Origin: Nemertoderma westbladi
Taxonomy: Eukaryota > Animalia > Xenacoelomorpha
Direction: 5' to 3'
Assembly: GCA_032718475.1 (NCBI GenBank)
Contig: JAUCBJ010000812.1
Coordinates: 11,959-75,958, forward strand
Length of the DNA stretch: 64,000 bases
The notes under the pieces are model-generated. The model saw only the letters and a list, made by a program, of their open reading frames with translations, was not told the DNA's origin and did no database searches. The first letter of the stretch is position 1; each line of letters opens with the position of its first letter. Positions 52,169-64,000 of the stretch are shown piece by piece. A program made the translations under genes and the position numbers.

Positions 52169-55100
52169 ATGACTGAATTGTTAGAAGATGATCTTGGTAT
52201 CAGGGAGCGATATACTCTACCTTTACAAGCGTTTGTCGATAGCTTGATACGCGGCGACGCTGGTCCAACTACTACGGAGGATGATGGTCGTTATATCGAA
52301 CCGCCAATGTCCCCGGAGCAACTTACGCGTGAATTGGACTATAGAAAGTTCACCGCTCGCTATACGCATCGTAATGGTACGTATATGGACTTCTTAACTA
52401 CCGGCCATCCTATCGATTTACATGATACGGACGATGTGGATACCGAAAGGGAAATGGTTTTATTTAAATATCATACCCAACGGAATCGGAACGATAAGCC
52501 AAGAATAGAACACGAGAACTGTATTCGAAACCGACTCGAAAGAGAAGACGTTGAAGAACCGGATAAACGCAACGACTTCAACGATTATCTGGAATTCTTG
52601 AGAGAAACATACCTCAATATTGCCAGTCAACAAAATCTCGAGACTCGATATCCTCAAGGTATACATCATGATCCTATGATAGAACTCAAACGACTCTATT
52701 TCACTATGATGTATCTTACCGCCGATCGACCGCTACCTGTTGTCCCAGATAGCTTCGAACAGATGGAGGAATATTGTAAAACTGGAGAACGATCACCCGC
52801 GTTTCCTCTGCAGGACATGCGTCTTTGGTATTACTGTGACGAATGCCCTAGACCCAATCAGCAAACGGAAAGACATAAACATCCGCGGAGACGTTGCGCT
52901 AAACACAGTTTTACACGATATACTTACGGGAGTTTCGAGCGAAACCTGTTCGACGTGTCCCCTGCGGTCGCTCGACTCAAGCGATCCTTGAACAAACCGA
53001 TGATCAGAGTTCCGGAATACTCGGTCAGACCTCCGCATTCCTTAGTCAGACCTCAAACTCTTGACCCTAATAGTATCACGGATCCTCGCGAACTGTACTC
53101 ACTGTTCAAAGATCTAGTGTTACCCGAACAGTTGATCGGTGGCACTCCAGTAGTAGGCTCACGGGACATTCGCCAACCCTACCTAGCTGGATTGGGACGT
53201 GGTCATCTAATATCGCCGTTTAACCCATACAACCGTCCCGGCTTCACCTCTATCCAACCCGTTACGGAAGTCGAAGAGAGCGTCGTACGAAACGCATTAG
53301 ACGCTATTCGGCAGAAAATTGGAAAGGGAACGTACGATTGTTTGGAGAAGCGTAAATTGCAGCAACAAGTCCAAGCGGTGAAGGAATTAGCTTTACCCCA
53401 GTTCGATAGAGAAATACAAAATCTCGAGGAGGACATCGAACGTGGACGAACCTACTCTTTACAAGAGTTTCTAGATGAGCGTCTACAACAACAAGCGGAG
53501 GAGAATCAGCTCGAGGAGAGACATATAGAACTGGATGAGAGAGAAGAAGCGGCTTTAGCTCAACCCGAAGCGCAAATCCTTATGACGGATCTCTACTCTA
53601 AAACCATTCTTCATCCCTCGATGGTTCCCCATTTCGGAGACAAACTTTTTGCGACGGCACAACCCCAACCGGTTGATATCAACCTAAGATCTCGCGATCT
53701 TATCGCCGACGCTCCTCTGTTGCAGCGTCCGCCCATCGAATCCGCTTGTGTCGATGGTATACTCGTTGAACCTCCGGACAATAGAGCAGATCTTGTCCGT
53801 CGCATGGTACACGATGTAAACATACGCGCTAGACCTTTACCGGACTCGTTTTATGGGATCAAAGATCACCCTTATTACGTCAATCTAAAACAATATTACA
53901 TGGTAAAACCGGAAGATCCTACACACAGTCTGAAGTTTCTACCGTTAATAAATCCTCTCGATCTTGTCGATCTCGAACAACTGCAGAAACATCTGGATCA
54001 GTTAGTTAAAGTAAACTCGTTTCGAAAACCATATAATGTTTCCAGAATAGAGAAAGAAACAATACCTCCGTATAATCTTGATGGATTCATTAAAACTCGT
54101 TTAGTGCACTGGAATCTTGATGTGTTATTCGAGGAGGAAAGAATACAACGATATGGAGATGTGGAAACATATACCACACAATATTTAAAGTATAAAGACC
54201 TGCCTAATGCTAGCGAATGTGCTACCTTGTGGCATCCTGTGGGAATGACACTCGAAAACGCCACTAAAGAGTGGAACGAAACTCTTAACGTTATCGAGAT
54301 GTATGGAGTTGTCACTTACGATAATGAAGGTAGCGTTCCGGTTGGAGAACTTGGAACTACGCGGATGATACACATACGAGGACTCGCTGGTTCTACCCAC
54401 GTATTTACTCGAGCGTGTTCCGACGTTATTGATTATTCTTTTAAACTCTTACTGAGACACAAAAGAAACTCCGACATGGACAATTTGAACTCGCGCAGCG
54501 TTACGTCACCGACACCGAGCGCAAACCGGCCATGGGTATCGATGGATCGATGTTACCCCAACCCGTGCTCGAGATGTTGTTTAACGAAAGAATCCTTAAA
54601 ATCGGCTCAGCTGTTTTTGGAGACCTACAGAACGACTTTCGGAATATGGAGAACATTCCATACCCCTTCGTTGATACTCAGCTGATTGCTCCTTGGGCAG
54701 AAGGCCGAGGTTTCTTCCGCACTATGTACGCCAATACACCCAGCGGTATTACTAAAGTACAACGAACCTCCATCGGACATCTTGCCTTTCAAGAATACGG
54801 ATGGAATTTCAAGGTTGGAAATCCTATAAATTACCAACAAGTATACGGAGATCATTATTCTCGTTTATACTTTGATGGACCGTTGACCGCACCTGGCGCC
54901 GTGTATAGCTTTATGAGTGTTCCACTTCGTCCCTCCTTAGCTATATACACGATCTTTGAAAACGCAGCACTTGCCGGTTGGCTAGCCGATGTGTGCAGTC
55001 GTACCATACGCGCCCATCCCTTAATACTCGGAACCAAACTCGCCAAGTTAGATGAACACAATAAATTCATCCGCTTTGAATGTTTCCGGCGCTTTCTGAC

Positions 55101-56421
55101 TCCGTTCCGTAACGTTGATAGTCAGTTCAAGGACCGCGCTCTGACCAAACTCAGCCTGAGAGACTCAGCGGCGGAGAAGCTAAACAGCGCGGGATTTGCC
55201 CTTTTTCAGGACGTTTGTATACAGAACTTACATTCATCTGTTATACAAAGACCCCGAATACCCACGGGTTATTCTGTCGTCGAAGTTCAGACAGTGGGTC
55301 CGCTTGCGGAGACAGCCGCACCTACCTCAGCTATGCAATTGGAAGACGAACCAATATGCTTAGAAGCTGAAGCGATTCAGCCTACAGCGCCCCGGAGCAG
55401 CGATAACGACTACGTCTTAGAGTGGTATCAAGGTCCACAATGTCTCACCGCATACGATTATCGACACGCTAACTATGTTTCTCGAAAACGTTGTCGATTA
55501 TGCGCATCGAGAGACCATTTCACCCCTATGGACTCAGACGTACCCTGCTCCTATTTCCACGAACAACCAATGATGGAGATATATTGTGCGTATTGCAGAC
55601 TTAATAACTCTCATATTTTTGCAGTCTGCCCCCAATTTATGACTCAATGCCACCACTGTCAACTTAAAGGACATGCCAGTTATAATTGCCCCTTTAATCA
55701 TGATTTAGAGAGCGTAGACGAAATGATTACCCTGCGCTACATTCGAGCTTGGGAAGCGAACGCGGATTTACATTGTGAGTCCCGTCATCGATACTACCCT
55801 GGACGCTCTTACGAGGGAGTTTACGCGTTCCATCCTTATTTATTAGCGTCTGTGGAACAAAAAACACGCGTACCGAGTTACGAGCTAATGAAGCGCGTTG
55901 GTGAGTGTATTTCCACTAAATTTGTTCGAAGATACCTTAGGAACGTCAATCCTAACGATATTACTTCATACCATTTGATCAATTATATCCGTCAAGACCC
56001 TGAGTATGGCGATTTATTTATCAACTCGCACCCTGAGTTACAGGAAGTATCTCGACGGCCCTACGAATATCGAGCCCGAGAACGCGAGCTGGAAAGAACT
56101 ATTAAACCAAGGAAGTTTCTCACCACTCACGGTCCACCTACCGCCGTTGTCCAGACGACCCGTCAAGGACCAGTAGGAGCTGCTGTCCTAAGACGCGCCT
56201 TAAAGGCCGTTAGACCTCGCTCCGCTGAAGTTGATATCGATCAACCAGGAACCTCGACCGGCGGATACACCGATCGCAATCCGAAACCTTCTGATGCAAT
56301 TGTATTGCACCCTTCACCCAGGAGTTACAGCCCTCCTAGTAAAGTGGCTCGCCCCAAAGAGAAAAGGACTCTTACTAGCCTCAAAAAACTGCGTAAACGC
56401 CGTCCGCGTAAGAAAGACTAA
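52169..56421 (+). CDS. Retrotransposon ORF2 (~1417 aa if the single frameshift near 54445-54530 is repaired): DEDDy 3'-5' exonuclease-like domain plus three zinc knuckles
   Basis: ExoI VVTYDNEG (54308-54331); ExoII LPQPVLEMLFNERILKIGSAVFGDL; FVDTQ; SIGHLAFQEYG; ExoIII PLRPSLAIYTIFE; then CRLC..H..C, CAYC..H..C, CHHC..GH..C and a basic C-terminus. No signal peptide or TM segment. Both ends are conserved in copy A. Confidence 0.8.
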
Positions 56422-56491
56422 CTGTTTAGAGTATTTTTATATTTTAGAAACTGTGATTTGTTATATTTTATAGACTTAAATCCCATTTTCT

Positions 56492-56499
56492 GGGAGCGG
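56492..56499 (+). other. Polypurine tract of copy B (GGGAGCGG)
   Basis: Abuts the TG of the 3' LTR. Confidence 0.75.
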
Positions 56500-57674
56500 T
56501 GTAAAAGCTTTTGCGTAATTAACCGGTTATTTCCCCTTAAAGTACTCTGTAGTTGGTTTACCAGGCATAAAAAGGCCGTGTCCTTACTGTACTGGTGTTT
56601 TAGAGGACATAAAAGTCATTTCTTCTGTATTTGTACTTTAGAGGACATAATCCGCAATCTCGTGACGTGATAAGCTAGATACTCTTGAAAACAGTGTCGC
56701 TACCATGACGACGGCTAACAGCTGATATTGCCACGTCGACATTTCTTTGTTTCTTTGTTCTCTCGTTGTTCGGTTGACCAATCAGAGCGTTTTTTGACTC
56801 TGTGTTGGAGTTGGATACAGAAACTCAGTAGTTCAGTGTGTTATGTTTTGCCCAGAGCCTAAGAACACCGGCTTTTGGCACCTCCGTGTTTCAGTCTTTA
56901 GTCTTACATTAGTAGGCTTAATTATAGAACGTATATCTGTTATCAAACCAATTCAATGCAATTCATACTAACTATGCAATTCATATCTTACTTACTTGCC
57001 ATATCTTACTAATATTACTGCTTTTACTGTCGGTTATTCATTATATTGGTTGATGAAATATTATATCGGAATACTGATCAATAGTCAGACACCCCACCTT
57101 CTTGATATACTAAAGGTTAGAGAGACCGGTTACAGATAAACGATTGCGACCTATGTTAAGTGGTTTGAAGTGAATCTAATGCTATTTTATAGGCCCGACA
57201 TAAATTGTATGTTGCTCTCTTTATACGTGACCAAATTTAGTGAAGGTCGGCAGATTAGTGTGCAGTATTGTGCAGCATTGTGTATGATTGTAACTGATAA
57301 CAAAGCATCTCCTAAAGAATGCGCCATATACGTGAATCTATAGCCTTTTCGTTGTGTCTAGTTTAAGTCATAACTCTGTTTATATATTTAGAGCGCCACG
57401 TCCTAAAGGAACTGTTAATATTTCCCGAAAGTAAATAATATTTGTCAGAGATTATATATTACGATCAGTCGAATAATACGGTAGGCTTACACCATCAATC
57501 ATTAATCTTCCGAATTCAGTCTCCCGGGTATATCCAACGGGTGAATGATTGCGCATAGACTGGCTTCGGCTAATGTAGTGTATCAAATACTCGTCATAGG
57601 CTAAAGACTATATATCATCTAAAAGACATCCTAATTTGGCAGGTTAAACTGTCAAGGTCTTAAAAGCGCAAACA
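56500..57674 (+). repeat. 3' LTR of copy B
   Basis: Matches 38939-40113. Confidence 0.97.
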
Positions 57675-57836
57675 TTATACCATATATATACTTTACTTAT
57701 ACCATATATATACTTTACTTATACCATATATATACTTTACTTATACCATATATATACTTTACTTATACCATATATATACTTTACTTATACCATATATATA
57801 CTTTACTTATACCATATTGTATACTTACTTATGCCA
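57675..57836. repeat. 22-bp minisatellite, right part
   Basis: Same unit as 38655-38938. Confidence 0.95.
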
Positions 57837-58341
57837 TCTGATAATTATTCCAACATCGAGGTTGTACCTTGTACAACTTCCATGTTAACACCGAGGTTTA
57901 CGTTAAGTGTGTTTCTCTAGCAATGATCGTGATCATACACATTCTGACATATTATGACATATCATATATTATGACATATTATTATTATATCAGACTCTTA
58001 CTCAAAGCCCGTTTAGATTTCGCACAGGTTATTGCTATAAATAGAAAAACAGATTCCCCAGCTCCAAGCTCTGTGTTCTAAACAGCAGTTTCTAAAATCT
58101 CTAAATCTAAATTCGCAGTTCAAACTAAAATCCTCCACTAATATTGTAATAGTGTTGCAGGCTGGGCATATACTTTCAGAGATATATCTTTTTGCAGAAC
58201 ACAGCAGAACACAGTAGAACACAGCAGAACACAATAGAATACAGGCGGAACATAGGCGAACACAGCTGTAATTAAAATCTACACCAAAAAATAACACACT
58301 TAGGAAAGTACCGGATTTAATCATACAACTGTAAGATGTCA

Positions 58342-58410
58342 ATTACATATTACTTTAATATTACATATTACTTTAATATTACATATTACTTTAATATTAC
58401 ATATTACTTT
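58342..58410. repeat. 18-bp tandem repeat (ATTACATATTACTTTAAT), ~4 copies
   Basis: Read directly. Confidence 0.9.
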
Positions 58411-59519
58411 ATATAAAGTGTATCACAATGTTCACTGCTGATCAATTTGGGCCTCAAAAGTTATGCAATTTACAAGTCGTTTATGAAAAAATTGATTAAA
58501 TAAATGCATTGTGTCGTACAGGAGGCCCATCCCTAGCCGTCTTCATACAGTAGAACTAAAGCAGAGACATTTTTATTATTGTGACAGAACACCGTCGATA
58601 CTAAATTACTTCTAGGATCGGAACGGGAAACTCATTAATCATTTATTATTTATTTCAATTTCCGGCCATGTGGAGATCTTCAAAACACTCCAAATAAATT
58701 GTTTTTTTGAAGAAAATGACTAAGTTATTGAATTTATAATTTCCAAAGGGCCACTCACTATGTGTGAGTTATGAATGCGAACTACCAATTGCAGCAAACG
58801 ATTAATAGAACAATATAACGTGCCTCACGTCATAAAATTCAATGAGTTCTATTTATTTATTAATTAAATATTTTGAATATCTACTACACGTAATAGTTTG
58901 CCATCATGGTATACATGGTGGGCCGTTTTACTAAAATATCGGAGTGTATGAGTGTTTCAGAAGCCTTTGGAAGGGCGGCCTAGGCCTCCTGGTCTGATTG
59001 TAGTACAGTAGGTCCGAAAGTGTACAGCTTAGGGTTCATTAAGACATCGATGAAATATGAGATACTCAACACAAAAAACGGATATTCACTATCATATGAA
59101 TAGCCCAGAAGGTATACAGCAGCTAATAATACCGTATAACTACAGAATGCATTATAGTCTCACCTTTATGATAAGAAGGTATTGATTTAATGGGATACAG
59201 GATGGATCCAACCGATATAGTTCCTTATCGGCTGCCTGCTAATGCAGATTATTGATCGCGGTGCGGTTTGTTTGCGAGGGCCGAGTCACGAAAATCCGAG
59301 TGGGTGAATGTGAGATATTCATTTATACATGGGTGTACGTTTATGTAGTGATTCGTAATACGGTAGTAGCTCTGGGTGGGGCGCATTGTAAGAGAATGGA
59401 AGGATTTTGAGGCGTGTATTAATTGTAAAGGTTGGATTGTGTAACGGTTCCAGGTTGAAGGTTCGAATTGGCCAATGTGACGAATGTAGATCAAAGGAAG
59501 GGAGCAGGTTACAGTGGCG

Positions 59520-61833
59520 TCTTGTTCTTATTTGGGTCTATTATCCTGAGGAGATTAATGGATTATGATTGCGTTTAAGAGACTAGATTTAAATAAAATA
59601 TACTTTGACTAGTTGTTGTTGTGTTCTAGCTACCCACAGTATATTATTCTACACGCACATATGGGGCCGTCCAAGTATGACGTCAGCACTTTAGGGGGGG
59701 AGGGGGGTTCGGAAAATCTGATGACGTGCTGATGAGGGGAGGGGAGGGGGCAGCCAAAATCTGACGTCAGCTGTTCATTTATAGGTGCTAGAAGAGATAT
59801 AGCAGAAGAGTAAATAGCTTGCCTATTTTAATTGTTCGAAGCCCCCGAAGGCCCGTAGCACGACCTTCTGTTTCAGTTACCAGTCACCATGTTTCAGTGA
59901 TTAGGACGCGTGCTACTGGGGTACTGGGGCTCGCCTGAAAATGAAACATTAATCCTAATCCTATTATAATATTAATTAATAATTTACTATAATTATATAA
60001 TTCATAATTTGATTAAAAATAATAATTGAATGATTTACAAGTGATTTTAAATAATCTTCATAATATAATAGTTTATTACAAATTTTTTTTTAATCTGATT
60101 TAGGGGAGGGGGGGGGGGGGGGGGGGGTCAACGCCTATCTGATGGCATCTGATTTAGGGGAGGGAGGGGGTCAACATTGTGGGGAAAAGTGCAAACGTCA
60201 TACTTGGACGGCCCCTATGAGAAAAAGTAAATACAATAAATTAATTTTCTTCAGAAAACCTATTTAATTCGAGTGTTTTGAAAGTTCTCCTCATCAATGC
60301 TCGGAAATTGATAATAAATAATGAATTATTATTGGGCTTCCCTTTCTCATGCCACTCAGTAATTTTAGTAGGGGCGCACTCTGTGTGCACTAATAACGAT
60401 GAATCTGCACTGCTGAGAGAAGGCTGGAGCGGAACAACACACAATGAATTTAATTAACTCATAACAATAGCTAATAAATTAGTTCCCTGGGTAAATATAA
60501 TATGACCATCTCAGTCAGGCCTTGTACTGTATATGCTGTACATATACATTACAGTAGGAGTAACATTAGTAGGCCTAAACTCAGAAGAAGCACAAAAGGA
60601 GTGGATAGTGCATGGAGATTGCCATTCCCTATGCAAGCAAGTACTCCCTACACATAAAGAATAACCTCTACTGGTACATACTAGAGGCACTGATCCAATA
60701 TCATATAATAAAATCGTAAATTAGATTTTTACGAGGTTATAGTACTGTAGGAAGGTATAGGGCCTACTGTATAGCAAGTTTATTGTCTTTTGATAATAAT
60801 GGTATCGTTCATGCATTGCGAAATACCAAGTTTTTATTGTATTGTATTTTAGTGGGTGATGAAATCAATATTATGTCCACCCAACCTGCTCAAACTACAG
60901 GACTGTAAGTAATAAAATAAAATCCCGCAACTAGGCCTACTGTTACAGTCAGTTACTTAATACATCCTCGTCTATGTTTTATAACGTTGGAATAATGTCG
61001 TTTCGCTCGCAGTTAACTGCCAACCCTACTGTACAGTAAGTAGGCCTATAAGTTCCCATGTGAATCAGACTTTCTGCTGTTATATTTCACTTTGCAGTTT
61101 AACACCATGTGAAGAATACCAGGTTTTCACTCAAATCCCAGGTTGCAGAAGGGCTGACCGGAATATAACCAAAACAATAAATTAATTTGTAACTGTACCA
61201 GTTTATGAGTTAGAAACAAGCGGTATAAAATACTTAAAAGGGGGAAATGGAAGTATACAGTAAGTATATTTTCTAACACACGTATTTATTGTTCGTTCAG
61301 TTCGGTGCAACAGATAAAGCCATTTCTATAATATTAATTTCGACCAAAGCCTAAAACGCCGCGTGTAAAATGATACGCCGACAGCAGACAACCGACAGCT
61401 GGCAACCGACAGCTGACAACCGACAGCTGAAAACCGACAGCAGACAACCGACAGACGACAACGGTTGATACAGGTCAAGGACCAGATTACTGTGACAGAC
61501 TGTTATAACGAAATGGCGATTCAAGGGCACAAGTTACACTCTTGGCTTACATTTTAATATTTAATCATTAGTTGCCTTCTGTGATTGTCAGATACGGGGG
61601 AAACTGCACGCAAGGAAAATTCATCCCTCTCCAGGTGAAATTCGACGCAAATAACCTCTGATTCCTCTCAAAAATAAAACTGTTACCTGTCCTATTATGT
61701 TTAGATTATTGTTTTGGTTAAACTAACGTGCCACTGTAACCTGCCCCTTTCCCTAAATTGAAAATTTAACATTGAAGCGGGATATTAATTCGCCAACGCG
61801 GGCTTTGCGTCCAGTCCCCCCCCCCCCCGTCTC
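59520..61833 (-). repeat. Right arm of the inverted duplication (partner 31516-33480)
   Basis: Reverse-complement similarity; interrupted by the MITE at 59663-60215. Confidence 0.9.
59663..60215. mobile_element. PIF/Harbinger-like (Tourist-type) MITE with 3-bp TSD TAT
   Basis: 21-bp TIR GGGGCCGTCCAAGTATGACGT; the empty site is visible in the other arm at ~33335-33350. Confidence 0.85.
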
Positions 61834-62679
61834 CTACTTCTTCAATCACAATCTAAAATAGTGCATTTTTGGCCTAAGCAGTAAGCAGTAAGCATACTCA
61901 GTAATACAGTAGGCCTACTACTGTATTTTGGTATTTTGCAAGACAACATTGCCCCCCAGTGCCACGCCGAAATAAATATTTTTTTAGTTTTCGTAAATTT
62001 CCTTTCAAATAAATCACACAGCTAATAAAGTTAGCAAGTAATTTCAATTTACCTGTGTTATAAACGGGATGCAATTAGCCAACCCCACAATGCCTGTGTT
62101 CGAACGCAATAATATTCACCGCGTGAGATAATTCAACTTAGGTAAATGAGTGTGGTACTGTACCTACAGTACCGTGGTTGAGGTATCCACTAAGCATTCT
62201 GGGATTCTCAGCTGTCAGCCTGTCAACGTGCAAAGGGAAAACGTCAGCCATGCTGCTCCTCTAACGAATTGCAACTGACGAACTATTGTCTGAGCAAAAA
62301 ATCTGTTGACTCGAATGCAATTGAGTTTCGTGAGCGATTGATTAGATTACATTGAAATAGGCCAGCCCTGCCTGATTCCCACTAGCGTGAGGCTACAGTA
62401 GTACAGTATCTGGGCCAGTTTCAATTGAATTTTAGAAAATCACATATTCAGAAAATGATGTAAATCTTAGAAAACTGTGAAGTTTAAAAGTGATAAAGTT
62501 GGACTCTAAGTTGTTGTCTCATATTTAAATTGAAAGTAGAGATTGTGTAGGGGAATGTGAAAATAAATATACCTTTCCTTACTACTGTACGTACAGTACA
62601 TCTATCTAACAGAAAAATACGGAAACAGTCAGTGTTTATAGGTAATATAAATATACTGTAAGTAAGTTGTTATAAGTAC

Positions 62680-63856
62680 AGTATGTTGTAATACTGTGTG
62701 AGGCGTTAGCACTGTGTGGGGCGATAGCACTGTGTACAGCGTTAGCACTGTGTACGGCGTTAGCACTGTGTGAGGCGTTAGCACTGTGTGCGGCGTTAGC
62801 ACTATGTGAGGCGTTAGCACTGTGTACGCCATTAGCACTGTGTGAGGCGTTAGCACTGTGTGCGGCGTTAGCACTGTGTGCGGCGTTAGCACTGTGTGCG
62901 GCGTTAGCACTGTGTGAGGCGTTAGCACTGTGTGCCGCATTAGCACTGTGTACGGCGTTAGCACTGTGTACGCCGTTAGCACTGTATGCGGCGTTAGCAC
63001 TGTGTGAGGCGTTAGCACTGTGTACGCCGTTAGCACTGTGTGAGGCGTTAGCACTGTGTGCGGCGTTACAGTAGCACTGTGTGCGGCGTTAGCACTGTGT
63101 GCGGCGTTAGCACTGTGTGAGGCATTAGCACTGTGTGAGGCGTTAGAACTGTGTGAGGCGTTAGCACTGTGTGAGGCGTTAACACTGTGTACGCCGTTAG
63201 CACTGTGTACGGGGTTAGCACTGTGTGCGGCGTTAGCACTGTGTACGGCGTTAGCACTGTGTGAGGCGTTAGCACTGTGTGAGGCGTTAACACTGTGTGC
63301 GGCGTTAGCACTGTGTGAGGCGTTAGCACTGTGTGCCGCATTAGCACTGTGTACGCCGTTAGCACTGTGTACGGGGTTAGCACTGTGTGCGGCGTTAGCA
63401 CTGTGTACGGCGTTAGCACTGTGTGCGGCGTTAGCACTGTGTGAGGCGTTAGCACTGTGTGCGGCGTTAGCACTATGTGAGGCGTTAGCACTGTGTACGC
63501 CGTTAGCACTGTGTACGGCGTTAGCATTGTGTGAGGCGTTAGCACTGTGTGCGGCGTTAGCACTGTATGAGGCGTTAGCACTGTGTGCGGCGTTAGCACT
63601 GTGTGAGGCGTTAGCACTGTGTACGCCGTTAGCACTGTGTACGGCGTTAGCATTGTGTGAGGCGTTAGCACTGTGTGCGGCGTTAGCACTGTGTGCGGCG
63701 TTAGCACTGTGTGAGGCGTTAGCACTGTGTGAGGCGTTAGCACTGTGTACGCCGTTAGCACTGTGTACGGCGTTAGCATTGTGTGAGGCGTTAGCACTGT
63801 GTGCGGCGTTAGCACTGTGTGAGGCGTTAGCACTGTGTGCGGCGTTAGCACTGTGT
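62680..63856. repeat. 18-bp minisatellite (GTTAGCACTGTGTRMGGC)n
   Basis: Read directly; produces 6-aa periodic spurious ORFs. Confidence 0.97.
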
Positions 63857-64000
63857 AATCAGCAAACACGAGTTGTAATGATCAACTACACGTAATAAAG
63901 ATAATTAAATTGGGTTTCCCTCACGGATTTAACTCGTATACTGTTGTATGATAGCGTGATTATCTGACAGCGATACGTCAACATGTAGGCTCAACTGTAC

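Larger units (their letters stand above)
38939..57674 (+). mobile_element. Full-length BEL/Pao LTR retrotransposon copy B (18,736 bp) with an extra ORF
   Basis: Two 1175-bp TG..CA LTRs, 5-bp TSD TTATA (38934-38938 / 57675-57679), domain order gag-PR-RT-RH-IN with Pao-type motifs, and a PPT. Confidence 0.97.

Noticed and set aside
54439-54446. TTTAAAC as a programmed -1 frameshift site in ORF2
   Set aside because: The heptamer is out of phase (TTT AAA C) and a -1 slip there lands on TAA; a 1-nt deletion is the simpler explanation.
52169-56421. ORF2 as an envelope gene
   Set aside because: No signal peptide, TM anchor or fusion-protein Cys pattern; it has nuclease-like and zinc-knuckle motifs and a basic tail instead.
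62629-63895. ORFs of 141-279 aa (ALALCE / TVLTPH repeats)
   Set aside because: Translations of an 18-bp minisatellite.

Overview
AT-rich animal (invertebrate-type) genomic DNA dominated by transposable elements, with one host gene, a two-exon 7-EC protocadherin (17942-20867 + 24089-24660). The main feature is a family of very large BEL/Pao LTR retrotransposons present in two diverged copies. Copy B is near-intact and 18.7 kb long (38939-57674; 1175-bp LTRs; TTATA target-site duplication). Copy A is an internally deleted derivative (<1-11310). Both copies lack a tRNA-type primer-binding site. Instead, the bases immediately after the 5' LTR are complementary to a segment inside the element's own LTR, and this pairing co-varies between the two copies, suggesting tRNA-independent self-priming. 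The family also carries a second ~1400-codon ORF after pol. It is not env-like; it contains a WRN/EXD/mut-7-like DEDDy 3'-5' exonuclease domain and three zinc knuckles, and is preceded by a covarying RNA structure. The remainder comprises MITEs, Helentron-like elements (one with seven CTCF-like motifs at ~147-bp spacing), a SINE, an RTE-like LINE relic, minisatellites and a ~2-kb inverted duplication. All homology calls come from motif recognition by eye; no searches were run.
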